The notes under the pieces are model-generated. The model had not been told where the DNA came from. It made no database searches and saw only the letters and a program-made list of their open reading frames with translations. Positions 29,811 through 39,668 of a DNA stretch of 64,000 nt are shown here, piece by piece; position 1 is the first letter of the stretch, and each line of letters starts with the position of its first letter. The stretch is from NCBI GenBank assembly GCA_030429345.1, contig JAUIFJ010000013.1, positions 13,812 through 77,811 on the forward strand, read 5' to 3'. This DNA is from a bacterium. Its GTDB lineage: Bacteria > CAIWAD01. The position numbers and the translations under genes were made by a program.

Positions 29811-29882
29811 TACCCCCGGATGGAATCGAACCATCGCACCCGGTTCCGGAGACCGGTGCTCTATCCACTGAGCTACGAGGGC
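29811..29882 (-). tRNA. tRNA-Arg (anticodon CCG)
   Basis: Hand-folded cloverleaf on the minus strand: GCCCTCG-TA-GCTC-AGTGGATA-GAGC-A-CCGGT-CTCCGGA-ACCGG-GTGC-GATGG-TTCGATT-CCATC-CGGGGGT-A. G1-U72 and U5-G68 are wobble pairs. CCA is not encoded. Confidence 0.85.
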
Positions 29883-30133
29883 TTGGTGCCTGTCCACAAA
29901 AAGACAGACTCCGAATGTAGCACCGGGCCCATCTGCCAGTCAAGAAAACAGTCGGCTTTCCTGCGCGGTGATTCAGGATCCCGGATTCTCCTGGCCCCGG
30001 GTGAAATCACTCGGGAACGAAGAGAAGTGGCCCAGGTCACAGGAATTCTGTGATGGATTTAGGATTATAGACTCCGATGGTCGGATTTCCGGCCTGTATC
30101 GACGCTGACAGGACTGCATCCCGGGAGAGGTGG

Positions 30134-31027
<894 letters not shown>

Positions 31028-31132
31028 GCCCGATCACAGGCGGAGAGTTTTGCACCGCGTCGCTCGCCGGATCGATCCCGAACGCAGCCGATCCCCGGAA
31101 CCACTGCCCACTCCTTTGACCGGAACCTGCCC

Positions 31133-32530
31133 ATGGCCCGCAAACCCCTGCCAGAGCTTGAACTAGAGATCGAGTCCGTCGCCTTCGGCGGCCTGGGTGT
31201 CGCGCGCCCGCCGGAAGGCCCGGTGGTCTTCGTCCGCGGCGGCCTGCCCGGAGACCGCGTGAGGGCCCAGGTGACGAAGAAGAAGCGCAAGCACCGGGAA
31301 GCCGTGCTGCGCGAAGTGTTGCGGCCCGGAACGCAACGGGTCGAAGCCCGCTGCGGGCACCAGGGAGTCTGCGGCGGCTGTCCGCTGCAGTGCCTGTCCT
31401 ACGAGGGCCAGCTGGAGCAGAAGACGCGCATGGTCCGCGACGCCTGGGAGCGCGTCGGCGGGCTGCAGCTGCCCGAGCTCGAGCCGATCCTGCCCTGCCC
31501 CGAGCCCTGGTTCTACCGCAACAAGATGGAATTCACCTTCAGCGACATGCAGTGGGTCGAGGACCCGGAGGACCCCCGCGGCCAGCGCTTCGGCCTGGGC
31601 CAGCACGCCCGGGGAGTGCACAGCAAGGTCTTCGACCTGCGGGAGTGTCACCTGCAGGCGCCCTGGACCGCGCCGCTGCTGGGGGCGATCCGCGACTTCG
31701 TCACCGAGGAGGGGCCGCAGCCGGATGTCTGGCGCTACCGCGCCGGCAGCGGCTTCTGGCGCTTCGTCGTCATGCGGCGCGGCGAGCGCACGGGCCAGAT
31801 CCTGCTCGAGCTGGTCACCGGCAGCGGGGACGATCCGCGGCCGGCCGCGCTCTGCGAGCGCCTGCTGAAGGACTTCGACCTGCACACCGTGATCCATACC
31901 GTCAACCCGGGCCGTGGCCAGGTGGCGAAGGGCGCGACAGAGGCGGTGCTGCACGGGCCCGGGCATATCCACGAGAGGCTGCTCGGACTGGACTTCCGTC
32001 TCACGCCGCGGGCCTTTTTCCAGACCAACACGGGACAGGCCGAGCGGCTTTTCGACCTGGTGCGGGAAATGGCGGCCGCCGGTCCTTCGACGAGACTGCT
32101 CGACCTCTACTGCGGCTCCGGCGCCATCGGGCTCTGCCTGGCGCGGGACGTAGAGCGTGTGACAGGGATCGAGATCGTGCCCGAGGCCATCGCCGATGCC
32201 CGTGGCAACGCCGAGCGCAACGGCATTGCCAATGCCGAGTTCTTCTGCGGGGATGTCAAGGAGGTGCTCGGCGAACGGGGCAAGGACTTCGACCTGGTGG
32301 TCGTCGACCCGCCGCGCCCCGGCCTCAGCCCGCAGGTGGTCGAACAGCTGGGCTGGATCGGCGCTCCGCGGCTGGTCTACGTCTCCTGCAATCCGGTGAC
32401 ACAGGCGCGGGACGCGGCGCTGCTGGCCGCAGAAGGCTATCGCGTTCGGCGGCTGCGTCCGGTGGACATGTTCCCCCATACCAGCCACGTGGAGACGGTC
32501 GCGCTTTTCGAAAGGGAGAACCATGCGTAG
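31133..32530 (+). CDS. rlmD: 23S rRNA (uracil-C5)-methyltransferase, RlmD/RumA family
   Basis: TRAM-like N-terminus, Fe-S cysteines CGHQGVCGGCPLQ, SAM motif LDLYCGSGAIGL, VVDPPRPGL, YVSCNP, VDMFPHTSHVETVALFE. Confidence 0.85.
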   Translation: MARKPLPELELEIESVAFGGLGVARPPEGPVVFVRGGLPGDRVRAQVTKKKRKHREAVLREVLRPGTQRVEARCGHQGVCGGCPLQCLSYEGQLEQKTRMVRDAWERVGGLQLPELEPILPCPEPWFYRNKMEFTFSDMQWVEDPEDPRGQRFGLGQHARGVHSKVFDLRECHLQAPWTAPLLGAIRDFVTEEGPQPDVWRYRAGSGFWRFVVMRRGERTGQILLELVTGSGDDPRPAALCERLLKDFDLHTVIHTVNPGRGQVAKGATEAVLHGPGHIHERLLGLDFRLTPRAFFQTNTGQAERLFDLVREMAAAGPSTRLLDLYCGSGAIGLCLARDVERVTGIEIVPEAIADARGNAERNGIANAEFFCGDVKEVLGERGKDFDLVVVDPPRPGLSPQVVEQLGWIGAPRLVYVSCNPVTQARDAALLAAEGYRVRRLRPVDMFPHTSHVETVALFERENHA

Positions 32531-33500
32531 AACGGAACTGGAGAAGCTGCTGAGGGCCTGCCGGGGCAAGCGGGTGGCCGTCGTCGGCGACCTGATGCTC
32601 GACCGCTACATCTGGGGCCGAGTCGACCGCATCAGCCCGGAAGCCCCCGTGCCCGTCGTCAGCGTGGAACGCACCAGCCACGCCCTGGGCGGCAGCGCGA
32701 ACGTGGTACACAACCTGCGCAGCCTGGGGGCGGAGGTCCTGCCCGTCGGCGTGATCGGTCCCGACGCGGAGGGAGAACAGCTCCGCGAGACCTTTGCCGA
32801 GGCCGCGATTCCCGCCGACGGCATCCTGGTGGACTCTTTTCGCCCGACCACGGTCAAGACCCGCGTGATCGCCCATGACCAGCATGTGGTACGCGTGGAT
32901 TCCGAACGCACCGATCCGCTCGGAGATGCCCTCTGCGGACAGCTGCTGGAGGTCCTGCGCGCGCGCATCGACCGCCTGGACGCCGTCATTTTCCAGGATT
33001 ACGACAAGGGCGTGCTGCAGCCGGAACTGATCCGCGAACTGCGCGAGCTCTGCCGCGATCACGATGTATACACGGCCGTGGACCCCAAGTTCCGCCATTT
33101 CGACAGCTACGGCGCCGTCGACCTCTTCAAGCCTAACGAGAAGGAGCTGGGGGACGCCTGCGGACGCAAGCCCTCCAGCGACGAGGAGCTGGAGGAGATC
33201 GGCAAGGGCTTCCGGAAAGACAGCGGATGCCGCGAGCTGGTTGTCACACGGGGCAGCCGCGGCATGATCAGTTTCAGCCCGGAAGGGACCCACAGTGTTC
33301 CCGCCCTGAGCCATGCCATCGTGGATGTCAGCGGCGCGGGGGACACGGTCATCTCCTGCCTGGTGCTGGCGCGCCTCGCCGGGGCATCGGTCCGGGACGC
33401 GCTTTGGTTCGCCAGCCTGGGCGCGGCCTGCTCCTGCCAGGTCGTCGGCGCGGTGCCCGTGCGCGGCGAACAGCTGCTCGACCTGCTGGGCAAACTCTAG
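32523..33500 (+). CDS. rfaE1: D-glycero-beta-D-manno-heptose-7-phosphate kinase (RfaE domain I, PfkB family)
   Basis: VAVVGDLMLDRYIWGRVDRISPEAPVPVV..LGGSANVVHNL, and GAGDTV near the C-terminus. Overlaps the rlmD end by 8 nt. Confidence 0.8.
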   Translation: MRRTELEKLLRACRGKRVAVVGDLMLDRYIWGRVDRISPEAPVPVVSVERTSHALGGSANVVHNLRSLGAEVLPVGVIGPDAEGEQLRETFAEAAIPADGILVDSFRPTTVKTRVIAHDQHVVRVDSERTDPLGDALCGQLLEVLRARIDRLDAVIFQDYDKGVLQPELIRELRELCRDHDVYTAVDPKFRHFDSYGAVDLFKPNEKELGDACGRKPSSDEELEEIGKGFRKDSGCRELVVTRGSRGMISFSPEGTHSVPALSHAIVDVSGAGDTVISCLVLARLAGASVRDALWFASLGAACSCQVVGAVPVRGEQLLDLLGKL

Positions 33501-33602
33501 CCAGGCGCAATCTGTCCGCTTCCCTGGACACTGCGCAGCTCCCGCACCCGAATCCGGCATTCAGGCCTTGCGCCCTTCCTGCGGCGGAGGCACATTCGCG
33601 CC

Positions 33603-34361
33603 ATGGCCGAACACCTTTTTCATTCCCTGCTGCAGCTCTTCTGGCCGGCCTCCTGCGGGCAGTGCGGGCGGCCCCTGCTTCTCGACGAAGCGCTTGCCTG
33701 CCGCGCCTGCCTGCGGAAGCACTCCGCGGCCCAGTCCGTGCTCCTGGACGAAGGCCTGAGGGTCAATGCGGCCTTCAGCTACCAGGGACCGGTCCGGGAG
33801 TGGATCCGCCATGTCAAGGAGCACCCTGCGCCTCGTATGCTGGCCCGCATGGCCGAGGCGGACCGAAGGCCGGGGCTGCGCGGGGCGGCCTGGCTCTGCC
33901 CGGTGCCCCTGGGACCTGCCGCGCGACGGGAGCGGGGGCATAACCAGGCCGAGTGCATTGCCCGCAGTCTCTCCCTTTCTACCGAGAACCTGGTCACACG
34001 CCCACTGCTTCGCTGCACCAGGGATCTGCGCGGCCACAAGTCCCTGGGACGGAAGGCCCGCCTGGGCCTGCATCGTGGCTACCGCATGCGACGCGGAGCG
34101 AAAGAGCTGGCCGCCTTCGCGCCGGGCGTCTGGCTGGTGGATGACGTGGTCACCACGGGCGCGACCCTGGCGGAATGCGCGGAAGTGCTCAGGGGCGCAG
34201 GCTTTCGCGTGCCGGGTGCCCTGGTGCTGGCGCGAACCCCGTGTTCCATGGATCAAACGTTGCCTGTTCAGCCATCTATTACTATGATTCGCGGTTCTTT
34301 CGAACCTTTTGGCAAGCTTCCAGGGAGCCCATGTCGCAACGCGGCGCGCATCTCTTCTTGA
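33603..34361 (+). CDS. comF: ComF-family phosphoribosyltransferase-like protein
   Basis: N-terminal zinc-ribbon cysteines CGQCGRPL..CRAC. VPLGPAARRERGHNQAECIA. PRTase motif VWLVDDVVTTGATL. Confidence 0.75.
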   Translation: MAEHLFHSLLQLFWPASCGQCGRPLLLDEALACRACLRKHSAAQSVLLDEGLRVNAAFSYQGPVREWIRHVKEHPAPRMLARMAEADRRPGLRGAAWLCPVPLGPAARRERGHNQAECIARSLSLSTENLVTRPLLRCTRDLRGHKSLGRKARLGLHRGYRMRRGAKELAAFAPGVWLVDDVVTTGATLAECAEVLRGAGFRVPGALVLARTPCSMDQTLPVQPSITMIRGSFEPFGKLPGSPCRNAARISS

Positions 34362-36538
34362 GCAGTCGACGACTCGGCACTCTTCTCATGCTGTTGCTGT
34401 TTGGCGCCTGTGCCCTCAGGCCGGCGCTGGAACCGGACCCGCCGTCCGCTCTCTCCGTGCCTGCGGACAGCCTGGACGAGCAGCAGCTGCAGCGCCTGGA
34501 AGCCCGCCTGGACAGCCTGAAGGAGAGCGGGTCGGATCCCGTCGCCCTGAGGCGCCTGTTCCTTGACATCCAGACCATCGACAGCGACAGCTTCGACCAG
34601 CGAAGGGATTCGTTGAGCGCAGCCGTCGCCGTGCTGTTCATGAAAAGCGTGGAAGACGTGCCGGACACAGTGCTCCAGCAGGAGACCGCCGAAGGCATCC
34701 ATTCCCTGGAGTATGCCGTCGAGCAGTACGGGGATTCGCTGACCGCCGACAGCCTGGCCAGCATGCTGGTCGAGATCGAGGGAGCCGCGGAGGAGCTGGA
34801 CAGCCTGCTCATCGAAGGGCCGGAAGTCGCTGGAGCCCTGCCCGGGATTCCCCATGCGGACAACGAACGCGTGGCCCACATGGTCGAGTACTTCACCAGC
34901 GGCAAAGGGCGCAAGTACTACGAGATCTGGCTCAGCCGCTACCCGGAAATGGAGCGCCACATCCTGCCCATCCTGCGCGAGGAAGGGGTGCCCGAAGACC
35001 TGATCTTCCTCTCCATGATCGAATCCGGATTCCGCATCAAGGCCCGCAGCCGGGCCCGCGCCGTCGGCCCCTGGCAGTTCATCGCCAGCACGGCGCGCAT
35101 CTCCGGCCTGCGTGTCGACTACTGGGTCGACGAGCGTGTCGACCTGGAAAAATCGACCCGCGCCGCCGCCGGGCTGCTGCGCAGCCTCTACGGCACCTAT
35201 GAGGATTGGTACCTGGCTTTCGGAGCCTACAACGCGGGGCCAGGCAACATCAACCGCGCCATGCGCCGCGCGGGCGGATCGCGGGATTTCTGGCAGCTGC
35301 GTCGCCTCCCCGCCGAAACCCGCAACTATGTCCCGACCTACCTGGCCGCGCGGCAGGTCTTCCGTGAAATGGACCTGCACGGTTTCCGCCTGGAAGAGGC
35401 CGCGGATCCTCCGCTCTTTGCCCGCATCCATGTGCCCGGCGCTCTCAACCTGGACCGGGTGGGGGACCTGCTGGGCGTGAGCGAGGACCAGGTGCGGGAA
35501 TGGAATCCCCAGTTCCGCCGCTTCTGCACCGCGCCAGAAGGCAGCGAGGTGCTGGTGCCGCAGGAACAGGGCGAATCCTTCGCCAAGTCCATTGCCGCCC
35601 TGCCCGACGACGCCTTCCAGCAATGGAAGCGCTACAAGGTCCGCGGGGGAGACACCCTGAGCGAGATCGCCGCACGTCACGGAATCGGGCTCTCGAGCCT
35701 GCTCAGCGCCAACAAGCTGCGCTCGCGCAGCATCATCCGCCCCGGGCAGAACCTGCTGATCCCCGTGCCGGAGGGCGCGACGCCGCTTCGACTGAGCGGT
35801 CAGGCGGGCACGCAGGAAGGGCGCGGGACCTGGACCGTGGCCAGCGGGGACGTGCTGTCCCTGATCGCCAACCGGGCCGGCTGCAGCGTGGCCGACCTGA
35901 GGCGCTGGAACAACCTGCGCCGGGACCGGATCTACCCGGGGCAGGTGCTCTATACGAGCGCGCCGGGCGGACAGGGTTCCGCCCCGTCGAGCTCCGGCAC
36001 CACGGCCACACGCAGCTATACGGTGCGCAAGGGAGACACGGCCAGCGAGATCGCCGAGCGTTTCGGCATCGGATTGAGCCGCCTGCGCGAGGCCAACGGC
36101 CTGAGCCGCCGTGCAACGATCCGGGTGGGCCAGGAACTGAGAATTCCCGACGCCGACCTGAGTCGCGTCCAGGCGCCGGCAGCGCCGGAGAGACAAGAGA
36201 GCTCCGGAAGGAGCCACAAGATCCGATCCGGTGAAACCCTGGAGAAGATTGCCGCCCGCTATGGCGTGAGCCAGGGCGAGCTGATCCGGCTGAACGAGCT
36301 TAGCCGTCCGGACCGCATTCGCGCGGGAGCCGTCCTGCGGATTCCGGACACGGCCTCCGAACAGGGCGCCGAAGTGACGCACTCCCGGCGCTATACCGTG
36401 CGCCAGGGAGACACGCTCTGGGAGTTGGCCCGGGACCACGGAGTAAGCGTGAAGGAGCTGAAAGAATGGAACAACTTGAGTTCCAATACGATTCAGCCGG
36501 GAACGAAGCTGATCATCCGCAACCGGGCGGAAGGCTGA
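34331..36538 (+). CDS. mltD: Membrane-bound lytic murein transglycosylase (MltD-like): SLT domain plus five LysM domains
   Basis: ATG at 34331 follows AGGGAG. Signal and lipobox LLMLLLFGAC. SLT motif LSMIESGFRIKARSRARAVGPWQFIASTA..AYNAGPGN. Five LysM units (YKVRGGDTLSEIA.., WTVASGDVLSLIA.., YTVRKGDTASEIA.., HKIRSGETLEKIA.., YTVRQGDTLWELA..). Confidence 0.85.
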   Translation: MSQRGAHLFLSSRRLGTLLMLLLFGACALRPALEPDPPSALSVPADSLDEQQLQRLEARLDSLKESGSDPVALRRLFLDIQTIDSDSFDQRRDSLSAAVAVLFMKSVEDVPDTVLQQETAEGIHSLEYAVEQYGDSLTADSLASMLVEIEGAAEELDSLLIEGPEVAGALPGIPHADNERVAHMVEYFTSGKGRKYYEIWLSRYPEMERHILPILREEGVPEDLIFLSMIESGFRIKARSRARAVGPWQFIASTARISGLRVDYWVDERVDLEKSTRAAAGLLRSLYGTYEDWYLAFGAYNAGPGNINRAMRRAGGSRDFWQLRRLPAETRNYVPTYLAARQVFREMDLHGFRLEEAADPPLFARIHVPGALNLDRVGDLLGVSEDQVREWNPQFRRFCTAPEGSEVLVPQEQGESFAKSIAALPDDAFQQWKRYKVRGGDTLSEIAARHGIGLSSLLSANKLRSRSIIRPGQNLLIPVPEGATPLRLSGQAGTQEGRGTWTVASGDVLSLIANRAGCSVADLRRWNNLRRDRIYPGQVLYTSAPGGQGSAPSSSGTTATRSYTVRKGDTASEIAERFGIGLSRLREANGLSRRATIRVGQELRIPDADLSRVQAPAAPERQESSGRSHKIRSGETLEKIAARYGVSQGELIRLNELSRPDRIRAGAVLRIPDTASEQGAEVTHSRRYTVRQGDTLWELARDHGVSVKELKEWNNLSSNTIQPGTKLIIRNRAEG

Positions 36539-36813
36539 ACCGGGAGGAGCTTCTTCGTCGCATTGCCCGCAGCAGCGGACTGCGTCGCGAGGAGGTGTCG
36601 GTGGTCCTGGAGGGAGTGCTCGAGGAGATCCGGGAAACCCTGGCCGCCGGCGGCCGCGTGGAACTGCGCGGTTTCGGCGTCTTCCAGCTGGCGACCCGCA
36701 AGGCCCGGCCGGCGCGCAATCCGCGCAGCGGCGAAGAGGTCTGGTTGCCCGAGCGCCAGGTGGCGGTCTTCAAGGCCGCGGAAAAAATGAAACGACAGAT
36801 AGACAACGGATAA
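36466..36813 (+). CDS. HU/IHF-family DNA-bending protein (start codon uncertain)
   Basis: LNREELLRRIARSSGL..VLEGVLEEIRETLAAGGRVELRGFGVFQLATRKARPARNPRSGEEVWLPERQVAVFK. The homologous part begins near 36535, and the ATG at 36466 would overlap mltD by 73 nt. Confidence 0.8.
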   Translation: MEQLEFQYDSAGNEADHPQPGGRLNREELLRRIARSSGLRREEVSVVLEGVLEEIRETLAAGGRVELRGFGVFQLATRKARPARNPRSGEEVWLPERQVAVFKAAEKMKRQIDNG

Positions 36814-36834
36814 CCAACTTTCGGGAGGCCGATC

Positions 36835-36924
36835 GTGCCCTGCGGAAAAAAGCGGAAGCGTGCCAAGATCTCGACGCACAAGCGCAAGAAGCGGCTGCGC
36901 AAGAACCGCCACAAGAAAAAATAG
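36835..36924 (+). CDS. 29-aa highly basic peptide, possible bS22-like (AURKAIP1/COX24-type) small ribosomal protein
   Basis: Not in the ORF track. GTG at 36835 lies 7 nt after GGGAGG. The translation is MPCGKKRKRAKISTHKRKKRLRKNRHKKK, ending at the TAG at 36922-36924. A hairpin follows. Confidence 0.45.
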   Translation: MPCGKKRKRAKISTHKRKKRLRKNRHKKK

Positions 36925-36929
36925 GCCGT

Positions 36930-36957
36930 GAGCAACCGTTCCTGCGGACGGTTGTTC
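36930..36957 (+). terminator. Hairpin, weak candidate terminator after the HU/IHF-small peptide unit
   Basis: 10-bp stem GAGCAACCGT / ACGGTTGTTC (one G-U pair) with an 8-nt loop. The downstream U-tract is poor. Confidence 0.35.
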
Positions 36958-37063
36958 GCTCCGCCTTTGAACGACCCCTGCACGCGACGGAGCCGACAGT
37001 GCCCGTGGCGGACGGGGGTTGTTTCATTTCATCAGGCCATGTCTCACAATCCTTCCTGCAGCC

Positions 37064-38476
37064 ATGAGTGACGAGAAGATCCTCAGCATCACCCACCTGG
37101 CCCGCCAGCTGAGCCGGCGGCTGGAAGAGGACTTTCCGCCCTGCTGGGTCAAAGGGGAGCTCTCCGGCTACAAGAAACACGGCAGCGGGCACCACTACTT
37201 CACCCTCAAGGACGAGCAGTCCCGCTTCAGCGCCGTTCTGTGGCGCAGCCGGGCGGCCCGGCTGAGCTTCGATCCGGCCGACGGCCAGCAGGTCGAGGCC
37301 TTCGTGCAGCTGGTCTTCTACGGCCCCGGCGGCCGCCTGCAGCTGGATGTAAGACAAATGCGCCCAGGCGGCCTGGGCGAGCTGATGCGGCGCTTTCTTG
37401 AGCTCAAGGAACGCCTGCTGCGGGAAGGCCTCTTCGACGAGGAGCGCAAGCGTCCGCTGCCCGCCTTTCCCGCGCATGTGGGCCTGCTGACGGCGGCCGG
37501 CGGAGCTGCCCTGCGGGACCTGCAGAGCGTGCTCGCGCGGCGCTGGCCGGGTCTGCGGACGACCTTGTGCCCCACGCCCGTGCAGGGCCCCGAGGCCGGA
37601 CCGGCCCTGGCGCGCAACCTGGAGCGCCTGCAGCAGGTGCCGGGGCTGGACCTGATCATCCTGGGCCGGGGCGGTGGCAGCTTCGAGGACCTCTTCGCCT
37701 TCAACGACGAGCAGCTGGCGCGGGCGATTGCCGCCTGTCCCGTGCCGGTGATCAGTGCCGTGGGCCACGAGGTGGATCACAGCATCAGCGACATGGTCGC
37801 CGACCTGCGCGCGCCGACCCCGTCCGCCGCCGCGGAACTGGCCGTGCCCCTCAAGGAGGAGGTCCAGGAGGAGCTGCTCCGCCTGAAGCGGGATCTCGAC
37901 CAGGGCCTGGCTCGCCGGCTTGGGGAAGCGCGTCGCCAGCTGGACAGCCTGCGCAGGCACCGCGGCCTCTTCCTGCCGCACCTGCGCCTGCGCGAAGCGA
38001 GGCAGCGCATCGACGAGGCCCTGCAGGGCCTGCTGCGCGGCATGGAGCGAAGCGCCAGGAACGAAGAGCAGCGCCTGCGCGCGCTCTCCGATCGGGGGGC
38101 GCTGGCCCTGCGTTCGCAGGCCCGCCAGTCCGGCGAAGCCCTGCGGGGCCTGGAGCCGCGCCTGCAGGCGGCCCTGCGCCGTCGGGCCCTGGCGGCGGGC
38201 GAGGGGCTGGGCGCTTTTCCCGGGCGCCTGGTGCGGGCCCTGCTGACGCAATTGGCCCGGCGTCAGGAGGACCTGCGGGCCCTCGAAGCGCGCCTGCTGA
38301 GGCAGGAGGCGGGCGAGCGGCGCCGGCAGGCCTTGGCCCAGGGCTACGCGGAGGTGCTGGACGAAGACGGCCGCTGGCTGCGCCGCAAGGAGGATCTCCC
38401 CGCCGCAGGCCCGTTGCGACTGGGATTCCAGGACGGCGAGCGGGAGATTCACCTTCCCCCGTCGACCGAGCGCTGA
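37064..38476 (+). CDS. xseA: Exodeoxyribonuclease VII large subunit
   Basis: SITHLARQLSRRLEEDFPPCWVKGELSGYKKHGSGHHYFTLKDE..SAVLW, PVISAVGHEVDHSISD, long C-terminal coiled coil. Confidence 0.9.
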   Translation: MSDEKILSITHLARQLSRRLEEDFPPCWVKGELSGYKKHGSGHHYFTLKDEQSRFSAVLWRSRAARLSFDPADGQQVEAFVQLVFYGPGGRLQLDVRQMRPGGLGELMRRFLELKERLLREGLFDEERKRPLPAFPAHVGLLTAAGGAALRDLQSVLARRWPGLRTTLCPTPVQGPEAGPALARNLERLQQVPGLDLIILGRGGGSFEDLFAFNDEQLARAIAACPVPVISAVGHEVDHSISDMVADLRAPTPSAAAELAVPLKEEVQEELLRLKRDLDQGLARRLGEARRQLDSLRRHRGLFLPHLRLREARQRIDEALQGLLRGMERSARNEEQRLRALSDRGALALRSQARQSGEALRGLEPRLQAALRRRALAAGEGLGAFPGRLVRALLTQLARRQEDLRALEARLLRQEAGERRRQALAQGYAEVLDEDGRWLRRKEDLPAAGPLRLGFQDGEREIHLPPSTER

Positions 38477-38530
38477 CAGAAAATGTTGATCTCGGAATCG
38501 TCCGAGAAGCGAAGGAACAAGGACACTCAC

Positions 38531-38785
38531 ATGGCCAAGAAGGAAAGCTTCGAGCAGGCCCTGGGCCGCCTCGAGGAGATTGTCACACGGCTGGAGGACG
38601 GCGAACTGCCGCTGGAGGAATGCCTGAGCCAGTACCGCGAAGGCCTGCGCCTGCACAAGGTCTGCCAGGAGCGCCTGGCGCGGGTGGAAGAGGAATTGAG
38701 CCGTTACCTTGACGAGGACGGCGAACTGCGCCCCCTGGACGAGCCCGGTCGGGCCGCGTCCGGAGAACTCTTCGATTCTGCCTGA
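38531..38785 (+). CDS. xseB: Exodeoxyribonuclease VII small subunit
   Basis: SFEQALGRLEEIVTRLEDGELPLEECLSQYREGLRLHKVCQERL. The start is taken at the ATG at 38531. Confidence 0.9.
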   Translation: MAKKESFEQALGRLEEIVTRLEDGELPLEECLSQYREGLRLHKVCQERLARVEEELSRYLDEDGELRPLDEPGRAASGELFDSA

Positions 38786-38795
38786 GGGAAAAGCC

Positions 38796-39668
38796 ATGCG
38801 ATTCGGAATCCGGGGCAAGGCGCGCCGGGCGGCCCTGCGCAAGGTGCTGCCCCGCCTGCTCGCCGAGCTGCGCGATCTGGGACAGGAGTGCCTGCTGGCC
38901 GAGGAGCTGGCGGAGCTGGCCTGGAGCGCAGAGGAGAACGGCCCGAGGGTCGAGCGGGTTTCCGCGGCGGAGCTCTCGGCCTCCTGCGACATCCTCCTTT
39001 CCCTTGGCGGAGATGGCGCCATGCTCGGGGCGGTCCGCGACCTGGAACACGATCGTCCCGTTCTTGGTCTGCAGATGGGCCACCTGGGCTTCCTGACCTC
39101 GCTGCATCCGGATGCCCTGCGCAAGGGCCTGGAGCAGGTGATCCGCGGAGAGGCCATCGAGGAGCGCCGCATGACCCTGGAACTGGAGCTGAAGGATTCG
39201 AACGGCACGCGCCGCGCGAGGGCGCTGAACGACATCGTGCTCCACAGCGCCCGGCCCGGACGCATTACGCGCATCCGCACGCGCATCGACCGGGTGGATC
39301 TCTTCAGCCTGGTCGGCGACGGGTTGATCCACGCCACACCGACGGGCTCGACGGCCTACAGCCTGAGCGGAGGAGGCCCCCTGATGGACCCGAGCATGGA
39401 GGCGATCCTGCTCACTCCGCTGATGGCGCACAGCCTGACGCACCGCCCGATGGTGCTGGGGCCCGAAGCCGTCATCGAAAGCCGGGCCGGCGAACGCGGA
39501 GCGCCGCTGAAGGTCACCGTCGACGGCCAGCTGGCCTTCCGGCTGCGGCGCGAGGCCAGCATCCGGGTCTGCCGCGGCCCGCGTCCGGCGCGCCTGCTGC
39601 ATCTGGACCAGCAGGGATTCCTGAAGACCCTGCGCGACAAACTGCAATGGAACCGGGAGGAGAGCTAA
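38796..39668 (+). CDS. nadK: NAD+ kinase
   Basis: LSLGGDGAMLG, ALNDIVL, GDGLIHATPTGSTAYSLSGGGPLMDP. Confidence 0.9.
   Translation: MRFGIRGKARRAALRKVLPRLLAELRDLGQECLLAEELAELAWSAEENGPRVERVSAAELSASCDILLSLGGDGAMLGAVRDLEHDRPVLGLQMGHLGFLTSLHPDALRKGLEQVIRGEAIEERRMTLELELKDSNGTRRARALNDIVLHSARPGRITRIRTRIDRVDLFSLVGDGLIHATPTGSTAYSLSGGGPLMDPSMEAILLTPLMAHSLTHRPMVLGPEAVIESRAGERGAPLKVTVDGQLAFRLRREASIRVCRGPRPARLLHLDQQGFLKTLRDKLQWNREES

Noticed and set aside
26944-29943. 999-aa minus-strand ORF
   Set aside because: It is antisense to the sensor kinase, the sigma-54 activator and the tRNA-Arg. The plus-strand products have complete HATPase_c, REC and AAA+ motifs.
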